From an uncultured Methanospirillum sp. (GTDB lineage Archaea > Halobacteriota > Methanomicrobia > Methanomicrobiales > Methanospirillaceae): a stretch of 44,753 nt of DNA. This document shows, piece by piece, positions 9,397 to 18,519 of the stretch (position 1 is the stretch's first letter; each line of letters begins with the position of its first letter). Location: the NCBI GenBank assembly GCA_964637135.1, contig CAZWTX010000021.1:1-44753 (forward strand), written 5' to 3'. The notes under the pieces are model-generated. The model was not told the origin of the DNA, did no database searches, and saw only the letters and a list, made by a program, of their open reading frames with translations. The position numbers and the translations under genes were made by a program.

Positions 9397-11256
9397 ATGA
9401 TGAAACAAGGATGGCGTGAGGGGATCGGGAGAAACCGGCGACTGGCTGTGGGGTGCATCGCTGGCATGATCCTCATCTCGATGATCTGTATCGCCGTGAG
9501 TGATCAGCCGGTATCCTATAGCATTCCCCATGTCAGTACATACTTGAACGGGTCGGATAAAGGACTGATAGGAGTAACCCCGCCGCTATCAACGGTTTCT
9601 CCCCCCGTCCAGGCGCCGGCCATGGCGATAACTGCAGAACATGCTCCTGATCGCCTGATCGTCAGGTACAATACTGACACCATGCGCACCCAGAATCTCC
9701 TCGGAGTGGAACAGACATCTGCGAACAGAAAGGTCGGTGCCGAAGTGGTTGAGGATTTCAACGCTGAAGGAATGCCCGGTATGCAGGTCGTCGAAGTGAC
9801 AGACACCACCCTTGACGAGGCAATGAAGATGTACCAGGATAATCCGAACGTCCTGTACGTGGAACCGGATTACGTCATTTCCCTGACACCGGTTGTGGAT
9901 AATGCCGTATCCGGCTCTTCCCCGGCACTCTCTTCTCAGGCCTCTGCTTCATCGGTGCCGAATGATCCATACTTCTCCCGGCAGTGGGGCCTTGAGAACA
10001 CCGGGCAGGCTCCGTTCTATGGAACAAATAATGCAGATATTGATGCATCCGCCGCATGGGGCAGGACAACGGGATCATCGGCAGTGATTATCGCCCTGGT
10101 GGATACCGGTGTGGATTACAACCATCCTGACATTGCGGCAAACATCTGGCAGAATACCGCAGATCCAATCAACGGTGTTGATGATGACAGAAACGGGTAC
10201 ATCGATGATTACCGGGGATGGAACTTCGTATCCAGGAACAACAACCCGATGGATGACAACGGTCATGGAACCCATTGTGCCGGTATCATGGCAGCGGTCG
10301 GGAACAACAACATCGGTATTGCCGGGGTTGCATGGAATGCAAAGATCATGCCCCTCAAATTCCTGAATTCATCCGGAAGCGGGTATGTTTCAGATGCCAT
10401 CTCCGCCATCCTGTATGCAAACCGGAAAGGAGCACACATCATCAGCAATTCCTGGGGCGGTAACGGGTATTCACAATCGCTGAAGGATGCGCTTGATGCA
10501 TCAGGAGCAGTCATTGTCTGTGCCGCAGGAAATGATAACGGGGTTAATAACGACCAGGTTCCAGAATACCCGGCATCCTATTCGTGTTCCAATGTCATAT
10601 CCGTTGCAGCAACCACTTCCACCGATACGCTGGCTGGTTTCTCAAACTATGGCCCGTCATCGGTTGATCTCGCCGCTCCCGGTGCTACCATCTACAGCAC
10701 CTACAAGGGGAGTTACCAGTACCTGAGCGGCACATCGATGGCAACCCCGTTCGTATCAGGGGTAGCAGCCCTTATCAAGGCGGCCAATCCCTCCTACACC
10801 GCAGCCCAGATCAAAAGCAGGCTGCTCAGCACCGTCGATTCCCTCCCGGCACTTTCCGGAAAAGTCGTGACCGGGGGCAGGATAAACGCGGCAAAGGCAC
10901 TCGGACAGGCAACTACCACACCGGCTCCCACCACTATCCCGACAAACAGTCCGACAATTCGTCCGACATCCACAATCACTCCGGTTCAAACCCAGATCCC
11001 GTCAACCGGAAAACTGGCGGCATCATTCGCTGCTTCTCCGGTGAAAGGAAAGATCCCCCTCACCGTCCGGTTTACCGATACGACAACCGGGTCGCCGACA
11101 AAATGGGTCTGGTATTTCGGTGATGGCGGGGTTTCATACGAGAAAAACCCGGTTCACACCTACAAGAAAAAAGGATATTTCTCGGTCAGGCTGATCGTCT
11201 CCAATGCAAGCAGGATGAACACGGCATATAAGCCGCAGCTCATCATGGCTTACTGA
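9397..11256 (+). CDS. Secreted S8 subtilisin-like serine protease with prodomain, Thr/Pro linker and C-terminal PKD domain
   Basis: Catalytic triad motifs 'VDTG', 'HGTHCAG', 'GTSMATP'; 'AAGN'; PKD 'WVWYFGDG...NPVHTY'; hydrophobic N-terminus. Confidence 0.93.
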   Translation: MMKQGWREGIGRNRRLAVGCIAGMILISMICIAVSDQPVSYSIPHVSTYLNGSDKGLIGVTPPLSTVSPPVQAPAMAITAEHAPDRLIVRYNTDTMRTQNLLGVEQTSANRKVGAEVVEDFNAEGMPGMQVVEVTDTTLDEAMKMYQDNPNVLYVEPDYVISLTPVVDNAVSGSSPALSSQASASSVPNDPYFSRQWGLENTGQAPFYGTNNADIDASAAWGRTTGSSAVIIALVDTGVDYNHPDIAANIWQNTADPINGVDDDRNGYIDDYRGWNFVSRNNNPMDDNGHGTHCAGIMAAVGNNNIGIAGVAWNAKIMPLKFLNSSGSGYVSDAISAILYANRKGAHIISNSWGGNGYSQSLKDALDASGAVIVCAAGNDNGVNNDQVPEYPASYSCSNVISVAATTSTDTLAGFSNYGPSSVDLAAPGATIYSTYKGSYQYLSGTSMATPFVSGVAALIKAANPSYTAAQIKSRLLSTVDSLPALSGKVVTGGRINAAKALGQATTTPAPTTIPTNSPTIRPTSTITPVQTQIPSTGKLAASFAASPVKGKIPLTVRFTDTTTGSPTKWVWYFGDGGVSYEKNPVHTYKKKGYFSVRLIVSNASRMNTAYKPQLIMAY

Positions 11257-11261
11257 TTTTT

Positions 11262-11837
11262 TTATATCTGGACGCGGTCAAGGGCGTCTTTTACGATCTT
11301 TTTGAGTGCAGCAGGGTCAAGTGAATAGATTTCCCGTGCTTTCTGCCGGTCAGGAGTCATATCCTGAGAATCAAGCCGATCAAGGGTGCATTCTGCCGTA
11401 TCCAGGATCCAGGTATCCCTGATATCCTGGTCGACAAGCGCAACAGACTCAGCCCGCACCGAGACGAGCGTCCTGCCATCAGGTGCCTGGTAGGCGTTCG
11501 GTTTGCCGATGACGGCGATGAAATTGGGAGCCTCGATGGAGGAGATCTGGTGAAGGGCCTCCGGCTGGTAACTGCCTGCACTCACAAAGAAGAGGCCGGT
11601 CGGATCCATTACCCTGACCTGGTAAAAGACCGCTTCCCCTTCAGATCGTTTCTTCTCCGTCATGGTTCCAACAAGAAAGACCCGGTTGCTCCTCTCTCCC
11701 GAGGGAAGGAGAGTATAGGTCGGACTCATGTCCTCAGTCCCGTCCCGGAAATGATGGGTTGCTTCCCTGAGCTCAGCGGCAAAGACCCGTTTTGCAGGTT
11801 CCCGTTCATACCGCCTGGTTGCCGGGGATTCATTCAT
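11262..11837 (-). CDS. RPA-associated OB-fold protein (COG3390-like)
   Basis: 'REPAKRVFAAE...LLPSGERSNRVFLVG...DPTG.F.V.AG.YQP'; overlaps the end of rpa; ATG 11837 chosen over GTG 11846. Confidence 0.85.
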   Translation of the reverse strand: MNESPATRRYEREPAKRVFAAELREATHHFRDGTEDMSPTYTLLPSGERSNRVFLVGTMTEKKRSEGEAVFYQVRVMDPTGLFFVSAGSYQPEALHQISSIEAPNFIAVIGKPNAYQAPDGRTLVSVRAESVALVDQDIRDTWILDTAECTLDRLDSQDMTPDRQKAREIYSLDPAALKKIVKDALDRVQI

Positions 11838-13383
11838 CCTGGACACCCCCTGCAGCCTCCCCGGCCCGGTTGATCAGGGTGGCATGACGGGCTGGATCGA
11901 AACGGGTAAAACTGCATGACTGGACCAGAAGCCGGTTATCGATCACCCGTCCCTGGCATGTAAGGTACCGGCCAAGTACCTTTTCACAGAGATGGTAATA
12001 CACCGTCTCAAGTCCGAGCGGGTTATTCTCGGCCATCTCTCGGGCATCATCGAGGGTAAGTCCGAGCAGGTGTTCAACTGCTTCACGGGGAATAACGGTA
12101 TCCCATGTTTTTCGTCCGTTATCAATCCACCCTTTTATCCGGAGGTCATAGGAAAAGTCCGGCTGGATCTCGTGTATCTGGCAGTAATTCTGTCGGGAAA
12201 GGACCCGGCCACATCCCTCGACCGGACATCGTTTGATCAGTCCTGATCCCGGAGAGATGTGCACGAGGGCTCCGGAGACCTCCTCGACCTGCGATTTTAC
12301 CTGGATGGTTCCGGTCTCGTCAGGCATGTACATCGATCCGTTCAGGGTAAGGGAGAGCCGGTCATTGTACTGGTCAATGGTTGTGTAGTAGATGTTGTAG
12401 ACTACCCCGGGATTGAGCCGGCCCATGTTGTTATCCTTCCAGATAACAAACCGGACCGTTCCCGTCTCATCCCCGACGATTCCTGACTGGAGCATCCGGT
12501 CTGAGTTGCTTTCCCATTCCTGCACCATCTTTACCCGCAGACAGGCAACACCGGGTTTCAGATCGATCACGTTTGTAAAGGCAGGTCTGATACTCACATC
12601 ATCATCAAGGGGAGAGATCCCGGTGCCGGCGCCAATCTGCATGCTCATGGCTCCCCGGTAGAGATCGCAGGATGCCCGATCTATCCGGTACCACCGGTTC
12701 TCTTCAAGGGGATTTATCCCGCTCTCCTTTCTGATGGAGAACCGGACTGCCCCTGATGAATCAGCCAGCACACCGCTCTGGACAAGGGCCTCTGATACCC
12801 GGTCAGAGATGGAAACCACCCGTGCCTGTACACTGACGATCCCGGGATGGATCTCGCCGACCGGGGTAACCGGTCCTACCGGGATCTCTTCCGGTGCAAG
12901 GGGGGTGATGGTTGTGCCGGAGTGAACCTTGAAATTAATCTGCCCGTTATATTCATCGGCAACCGCAGATTCGAACCGGTACCAGTTCCCGGTCTCAAGG
13001 ACCGGCGCATTTGACTTGGCCCATACCGTGAACCGGATGGTTCCCGATTCATCGGCAAGGATACCTGACTGGGCAACTGCCGGAGACCGTGGCGGGAAGA
13101 GTACCTGCACCACGCCGACGAGTGTCACCCAGTCTCCCGGTCTGACCTCGCTGATGGGTATGACCGAGGAAGATTCCTCCTTCCGCTGGGGAGGGGCTGC
13201 CTGTTCCACCATCCCGAACTGGCGGGAATACTCGCTGGTAATGGAACGTTCTGCCTCCTGCGGGGGAATGCCAAACTCGTTCACAAACCGGTTCAGTTTT
13301 TCAAATACCTTTGCTGTCTCCACGGAATGCCCAGCCTGGGCAAATTTTTCGGAGATCCTGGTTGCTATCGGATTGAGATCCAT
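11830..13383 (-). CDS. rpa: Replication protein A (multiple OB folds plus Zn finger)
   Basis: Repeated 'QSG.(L/V).DE(S/T)G..RF..W' OB folds; C-terminal 'CPVEGC...CQIH' Zn finger; GGAG upstream of ATG 13383. Confidence 0.9.
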   Translation of the reverse strand: MDLNPIATRISEKFAQAGHSVETAKVFEKLNRFVNEFGIPPQEAERSITSEYSRQFGMVEQAAPPQRKEESSSVIPISEVRPGDWVTLVGVVQVLFPPRSPAVAQSGILADESGTIRFTVWAKSNAPVLETGNWYRFESAVADEYNGQINFKVHSGTTITPLAPEEIPVGPVTPVGEIHPGIVSVQARVVSISDRVSEALVQSGVLADSSGAVRFSIRKESGINPLEENRWYRIDRASCDLYRGAMSMQIGAGTGISPLDDDVSIRPAFTNVIDLKPGVACLRVKMVQEWESNSDRMLQSGIVGDETGTVRFVIWKDNNMGRLNPGVVYNIYYTTIDQYNDRLSLTLNGSMYMPDETGTIQVKSQVEEVSGALVHISPGSGLIKRCPVEGCGRVLSRQNYCQIHEIQPDFSYDLRIKGWIDNGRKTWDTVIPREAVEHLLGLTLDDAREMAENNPLGLETVYYHLCEKVLGRYLTCQGRVIDNRLLVQSCSFTRFDPARHATLINRAGEAAGGVQDE

Positions 13384-13471
13384 CTTCATCTCCACTGAGA
13401 CACTTTGCACAGGGTCATATAAATTCAGAAGGGTGGAGGGTGAAAGTGATCATCAGGAGTCCTGTCAGGTG

Positions 13472-14380
13472 TCAGGGTGCTGAACGTGAACGTAGGGAGA
13501 GTAATTCAGCAAGGGAAGCTTCGGGGTTACGTTTCAGGTGGGAAACGATCACCGGTTCGTGATTGAGGGTACAGGAAGTACAGTTCCAGACCACCCCGTT
13601 GCCATCCGAACGGCTGATCCATTCTCCGAGGTGTTCATCACCGCAGGGATAGAGCGGGCAGTAACAGAAATCACAGCACTGACCGGGAAAATGACAGGGA
13701 TAATACGGGCATCCCTGGGGATCCCAGGCAAACCAGTGATCACTTCCAAGGCTGCTCTTGATGAAGAAGAACGGGCCACGGGCAAAGCCTTCAGCCCCGT
13801 AGCCAAGAGAACGGGCGACTCCTTCACTGACGGCATCATGGATCCGAAGGCCAAGCGGTGTCGCACTGCCGGCATACCTGACATCTCCCTCGCGGTCAGC
13901 GGCAATGATCACGGCATCGGTCGTTGTTCCGGCAAACGGATATCCTAACCGGTGGAGGGCAGCCGTCTTCGCCTCGGTCGCCGTAATCACCCCGTCGATC
14001 AGTGCCTGGCCGGAGAGGCCGTCATGGATCAGCACGATGATGTTGATGGTCCCAGGGCCGGGAGTCGTCTCTTCGCCTGGATGAACCGGATCAGGATTGG
14101 TCACTCCGGCAGTGACAAAGACATCGATATTTCCATGCTTCAGAATACAGAGATGTTCCATTCCAACGGCGGTAAGAAGCCCGAAAGTCTGTTCCGGATC
14201 CAGTCCGTTCTGCCGGGCAAGAAGAGAAACATCCCGGACCGGATCTTTTGTTGTGAACGAATGAGGAACCGTGTGATTCAGGAGAGAGGTAACCCTGCGG
14301 ATCCCACCCGCTGTTCCACTACTACAGGCAAAAAAATCTCCACGAATAATAAGGGTGCTGTCCCGGAGGTAATACCTCAT
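13472..14380 (-). CDS. cbiZ: Adenosylcobinamide amidohydrolase CbiZ fused to a Cys-rich small domain
   Basis: 'GLLTAV', 'VTAGVTNP', 'GTINII', 'TATEAK', 'GTTTDAV'; C-terminal 'CPYYPCH...CDFCYCPLYPC...WNCTSC'. Confidence 0.88.
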   Translation of the reverse strand: MRYYLRDSTLIIRGDFFACSSGTAGGIRRVTSLLNHTVPHSFTTKDPVRDVSLLARQNGLDPEQTFGLLTAVGMEHLCILKHGNIDVFVTAGVTNPDPVHPGEETTPGPGTINIIVLIHDGLSGQALIDGVITATEAKTAALHRLGYPFAGTTTDAVIIAADREGDVRYAGSATPLGLRIHDAVSEGVARSLGYGAEGFARGPFFFIKSSLGSDHWFAWDPQGCPYYPCHFPGQCCDFCYCPLYPCGDEHLGEWISRSDGNGVVWNCTSCTLNHEPVIVSHLKRNPEASLAELLSLRSRSAP

Positions 14381-14400
14381 AACTGATTATCGGGTATACC

Positions 14401-14769
14401 TCATACCACCGAGTACCGCTGCCGGTCCTTGAGTTCCTGCTGCTTTCCGGCATTCCACCCGGAAACGTCCTGAAGGTACCCGGTCACCCGGCTGATCTGC
14501 ACCACGTCATGGGAACCGCATTCAGGGCAGACCGGTTCACCACAAAGCGGACAGTACTCGATCATCGGGCTGATCTCATGGGTGCAGTCGCAACTGTCAA
14601 GCGGACACATGATCTCCAGGTTTTTATCGTTGCAGACCGGGCATGGGGTTTCGTCAACGATCAGATGGCAGGTATGACATTTGTAGCGCCGCTTATCTTC
14701 AGGAATTTCATCTTTTGATGAATATTGCGCAGCGAGCCTCTGTTGCTCCTCACTCCATCGCATATACAT
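14401..14769 (-). CDS. nrdD: Stand-alone NrdD C-terminal domain protein (Zn ribbons plus glycyl-radical motif); not a full class III RNR
   Basis: '[36 protein letters not shown]' matches the NrdD C-terminus; 11 Cys; only 122 aa. Confidence 0.8.
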   Translation of the reverse strand: MYMRWSEEQQRLAAQYSSKDEIPEDKRRYKCHTCHLIVDETPCPVCNDKNLEIMCPLDSCDCTHEISPMIEYCPLCGEPVCPECGSHDVVQISRVTGYLQDVSGWNAGKQQELKDRQRYSVV

Positions 14770-14807
14770 ACATCTCCGGCACGGGTAATAAATCTGGGTC
14801 TGAATGG

Positions 14808-15449
14808 TTACGGTGACCTGAAACGCTGATATTCCTCTGCAGCTGCCCGGGGATCGGCTGATTCATAAATTGATCTCCCGACGATCATGCCATCCACCAG
14901 GGAGGCAATTTCAGCAGGATCTCCTCCCTGTGTGCCGATACCGGGAGAAAGGATGAGACGATCACCGATGATCCGGCGGAGATCCCTGACCCGGTCAGGC
15001 CGGGTAGCCGGAGCAATGATCCCGTCTGCCCCAATCTCGCCAACCATCTCGGCGATCCGTTCTGCTGCCCCGCCATGGAAAAACTCTGTCGCACCCGGGT
15101 GACTCATCTCTGCAACCACGTAGGTCTTCCCCCCGTAATCGTGGGCTGCCCCGGTGCAGGCAGCTACCGAATCATGCCCCACGAACCCCTGGCAGATAAT
15201 AGCGGAAAAACCATGCGAAAAGACCTGTTCGGCGATGAGCCGGTTCGTATTCGGAATATCCGCAACCTTGAAATCGGCAATGAGCGGAAGGCCGAGGCTG
15301 GTGAGTTCTTCAGCGATCTGAAGGCCCTCGGCAAGAACAAGCGGGTATCCGATCTTGATCTGGTCTATCTGATCGGCACAGGAATCGCATATCCGGAGTG
15401 CATCCTGACGGGTGAGGACATCCAGGGCAAGGATGAGATCGGTCGTCAT
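14808..15449 (-). CDS. pyrF: Orotidine 5'-phosphate decarboxylase
   Basis: 'LILALD', 'KIG', '[10 protein letters not shown]', 'MSHPG', 'PGIGTQGG', 'VGRSIY'. Confidence 0.97.
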   Translation of the reverse strand: MTTDLILALDVLTRQDALRICDSCADQIDQIKIGYPLVLAEGLQIAEELTSLGLPLIADFKVADIPNTNRLIAEQVFSHGFSAIICQGFVGHDSVAACTGAAHDYGGKTYVVAEMSHPGATEFFHGGAAERIAEMVGEIGADGIIAPATRPDRVRDLRRIIGDRLILSPGIGTQGGDPAEIASLVDGMIVGRSIYESADPRAAAEEYQRFRSP

Positions 15450-16372
15450 GACAGCCGTTCCATCACCGCGGCCATGATCAACGGCAGGGTAATAGTCGCA
15501 TCGCCGTAGACGGTCACGGTCTTTGCATCTTCGTCAACCTTCCCCCATGATCGTGCTTCGTCAAGGGTTGCTCCTGAGAGTCCTCCAAGATCAGGCCGGT
15601 CACCGGTGAGCTGGACCGCATAGGTAAATCCCTTCGGGGTCATCAGCATGCTCTGGAGGATGAAATTCTTCGGAACACCACCACCGATAAAAAAACCGCC
15701 TGCCTTATCGAGTGAAAAGCAGAGATCGATGATCCGGTTCATGTCTGCAAAGGCATCAATCGTCACCTTATGGGTCTGTCTGTACAGCCAGAACTGCAGG
15801 CCAATCATCGAATCCTGGAGGGCAGGACAGAAGATCGGGATATTCTTTCGCGCCGCAGTGGCAAGGATACCGGTCTGTAACTGGAGACCGATATGGCGGA
15901 GAAGATCGCTGATGGACAGGACCGTGCCATCTTCGAGTGTTTCGAAAATTTTCTGCATCGCCTCTTCAAAAGAGATGAACGACTCATTCGGGAGATACAC
16001 ATCGTAGATCCGGTTAATCTCCTCGTGCCTCAGTTCAACGTCGTTGCATCGTTCGGTTCCGAGAAAGTGATGACATCCGATGGCTTCGATGACATCGTGC
16101 GTCAGGTTGGCCCCGGTAGAGACCAGGACATCGATGGCACCCTGTTCTATGAGATCTGATACGATCCCCCCCATTCCCGCCGGTACCATCGCCCCGGCTA
16201 GCCCGAAGAACCGGGTGACCCCGGGCTCTTTCATCATGGTGGTGGTGATACCGACGGCACGGGTGAGTGCTCCCCCGTTATAAGCTCCGGCTTTTTCCAT
16301 CACGGATATGAGTTCCCCGACGGTCATCCCGGGTTTCAGATGAACCTGCCGTACCGGAGTTGTACATTCCAT
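15446..16372 (-). CDS. dys: Deoxyhypusine synthase
   Basis: 'GAMVPAG', 'STGANLTHD', 'INRIYD', 'GGGVPKNF', 'GGLSGATLDEARSWGK' with catalytic Lys; start ATG 16372 (TTG 16399 alternative). Confidence 0.95.
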   Translation of the reverse strand: MECTTPVRQVHLKPGMTVGELISVMEKAGAYNGGALTRAVGITTTMMKEPGVTRFFGLAGAMVPAGMGGIVSDLIEQGAIDVLVSTGANLTHDVIEAIGCHHFLGTERCNDVELRHEEINRIYDVYLPNESFISFEEAMQKIFETLEDGTVLSISDLLRHIGLQLQTGILATAARKNIPIFCPALQDSMIGLQFWLYRQTHKVTIDAFADMNRIIDLCFSLDKAGGFFIGGGVPKNFILQSMLMTPKGFTYAVQLTGDRPDLGGLSGATLDEARSWGKVDEDAKTVTVYGDATITLPLIMAAVMERLS

Positions 16373-16431
16373 ACGTATTGTATCGACGGCCACCCCCAAA
16401 ATACCTGAGAGTCACCGGGGAAAAAAAGAGA

Positions 16432-16614
16432 TCAGGATTCTGATAAGAGGCAACCCTTCTTTGCGATATCCTCCTTTTGAAGTTCGTAGAAGAGGATGGT
16501 GATCGCCCCGGGGTCGACGTTCAGTTCCTCAACAAGGACATCAGTTACTCTCTTTGCCACTGCCCGCTTCTGTTCAAGGGTTCGCTTTGCCATGGAAATT
16601 TCTACAACCGGCAT
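16432..16614 (-). CDS. 4-oxalocrotonate tautomerase family protein (DmpI-like)
   Basis: 60 aa, Pro after the initiator Met, 'RTLEQKRAVAKRVTDVL'; AGGAG upstream. Confidence 0.85.
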   Translation of the reverse strand: MPVVEISMAKRTLEQKRAVAKRVTDVLVEELNVDPGAITILFYELQKEDIAKKGCLLSES

Positions 16615-16706
16615 CTCCTGAAGGTTGACAGCAAAACCATATCAAAGAGATACCCGTATCCCTCAAAACCGCAATACACCGGGATACAATCTCCTTCCTC
16701 AGATGA

Positions 16707-18404
16707 TCAGAGTACTTTTCTCAGCATCACCTGGTCCCGCAACTGAACACCGCGATCATACATCGGGCGGGAACAGGTGCGGATGAAATAATCCTTTTCA
16801 ATGAAATACTGCGTAAATCCGGCAGATTCATAGAGGGATACCAGTCGTGTAGCGATATCAGCCGTTCCGATACGCAGTTCCCGAAATCCCATCTCCTTTG
16901 CCCGGTCAGTGGCATCGGAGAGGAGAGAGTGCCCGATCCCCCTCCTCTGGAGTTCCGGATCAACCGCGATATTCATGATCTCTGCGACTCCGTCACCACT
17001 ATCACGGAGGACATATTCCCCGACAATGGTATCCCCCGATTCGGCAACAAACAGGTAAGACACCGGGAGATACTCCTGTACCACCTCGATCCTCTCATCG
17101 GCGAGAAGGAGCAGGGAGATGGGTACCGGTTCGTCTTCACGGAGTCTCCTGATGGAGAGGCCAGGGACTCCATTTCCGGATCTGAGCCTTACGAGCGGCA
17201 TCGAGAGATGACGGCGGGCCTGGGGCGGGACTTCGTACCAGCCCTCCTGAACGGCCCGGACCAGGGAGACAGGTTCGGCATCCCGGCTTCTTGCAGGGCA
17301 CCGACGACATTTATAGCCCTTTCCGGCTCCTGCACTCGTCATCCGGTGCCCGCAGTCAGGACAGACCGGCGGTCTCCATGCCGATACCGGTGCGAGCCGG
17401 CAAATCCGGATCTTTTCCAGGTTGAGCGATCCGTTCAGGTAACTCCCCTGGACGATGACCAGGTCACCCGGTACCAGAGACCTGACCAGATGGCGGAATC
17501 CTTTCGTCGGTTCGTAGGCCATGCAGGTGAGGTGTATGTCGCTGTGCACGATCTCTAGTCTCACGTGCCCTCCTTCACCGGTTACTGCCGGTGCAGCGAC
17601 CGTTCCGGAGACCGTGTAAGAGTGTCCATCCCTGAGCGCCCCGATCCTCCCCGGCAGAAGATGAGCATCGGTTCCCTGGTTGGTCTTCCATATCCTGACA
17701 ATATCCGGTTTCTCTGCCACAAGGAAGGTAGCGGCCTCAGCCACGGCAAACGGGCTCTCTCCGCGGATCCCGATCAATACCGGATCATCCCCGCGGGGAA
17801 CACAGACAATCGAGTTGTCGGCCGGATCATAGGAATCCCATGTCCGGGGGGTTGTACTGCGTTCAGAGAGGATTACACTTTCCGGGGATATCTCACGGAA
17901 AGTCCCCCACCGGTTCTCCGGCCGGTACATGAGCAGTTCCCAGGTATAATCGGGGAATTGTGCTGCAACGGCAGCCGTTGCCCCGATGAGACCGCGCCCG
18001 ATCTTGTATCCCTTTCGGAACAGGGCATATCCGGAGATCACATCCTCTGCTTCACTGAGTGTGCAGATCCCGGTAACGGCCTGGCGGTAGAATGCGACCG
18101 GTGGTTTTTCCCTGAAGATCACGACACCGGGATGGGTATTCGGGCAGGCAAGGTCAGCATACCGATCCACAAGGGCGCAGGTAAGCTCGAAGAGATGCTC
18201 CGGGTTTCCTTCCAACCGGATGGCAATAGCGGCATTTCCCCGGGTTTTATAGGGGATTGTAGGGTTCAGCCTGACAAGGAGGCTCTCATGGATCACGGTC
18301 CCTTTCCCGGTCAGGATGTGACAGATCAGGGCACCAAGCCAGGTGGTACACATACCGGATGGCGAGTCGGTATCGTCAAGTCCAAGCCAGAAACACTCTT
18401 TCAT
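16707..18404 (-). CDS. tiaS: tRNA(Ile2) agmatinylcytidine synthetase TiaS with C-terminal GNAT acetyltransferase fusion
   Basis: 'GLDDTDS..GMCTT', 'RLNPTIPYKTRGN', 'TNQGTDAHL', OB fold, Zn ribbon 'CPDC...CRRC', 'YEVPPQARRHLSMP'; then about 150 aa of GNAT ('NIAVDPELQRRGIG', 'LYESAGF'). Confidence 0.93.
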   Translation of the reverse strand: MKECFWLGLDDTDSPSGMCTTWLGALICHILTGKGTVIHESLLVRLNPTIPYKTRGNAAIAIRLEGNPEHLFELTCALVDRYADLACPNTHPGVVIFREKPPVAFYRQAVTGICTLSEAEDVISGYALFRKGYKIGRGLIGATAAVAAQFPDYTWELLMYRPENRWGTFREISPESVILSERSTTPRTWDSYDPADNSIVCVPRGDDPVLIGIRGESPFAVAEAATFLVAEKPDIVRIWKTNQGTDAHLLPGRIGALRDGHSYTVSGTVAAPAVTGEGGHVRLEIVHSDIHLTCMAYEPTKGFRHLVRSLVPGDLVIVQGSYLNGSLNLEKIRICRLAPVSAWRPPVCPDCGHRMTSAGAGKGYKCRRCPARSRDAEPVSLVRAVQEGWYEVPPQARRHLSMPLVRLRSGNGVPGLSIRRLREDEPVPISLLLLADERIEVVQEYLPVSYLFVAESGDTIVGEYVLRDSGDGVAEIMNIAVDPELQRRGIGHSLLSDATDRAKEMGFRELRIGTADIATRLVSLYESAGFTQYFIEKDYFIRTCSRPMYDRGVQLRDQVMLRKVL

Positions 18405-18519
18405 TGACTAAACACCGCGGATTGCGGGTTCTCTCTGCTCTGGCGGATTGATGCTGTCATCGGGTTCTTCTGCGCTACCACATTACTTATTAACATTTCC
18501 ATCCAAAAAATCATAGAAC

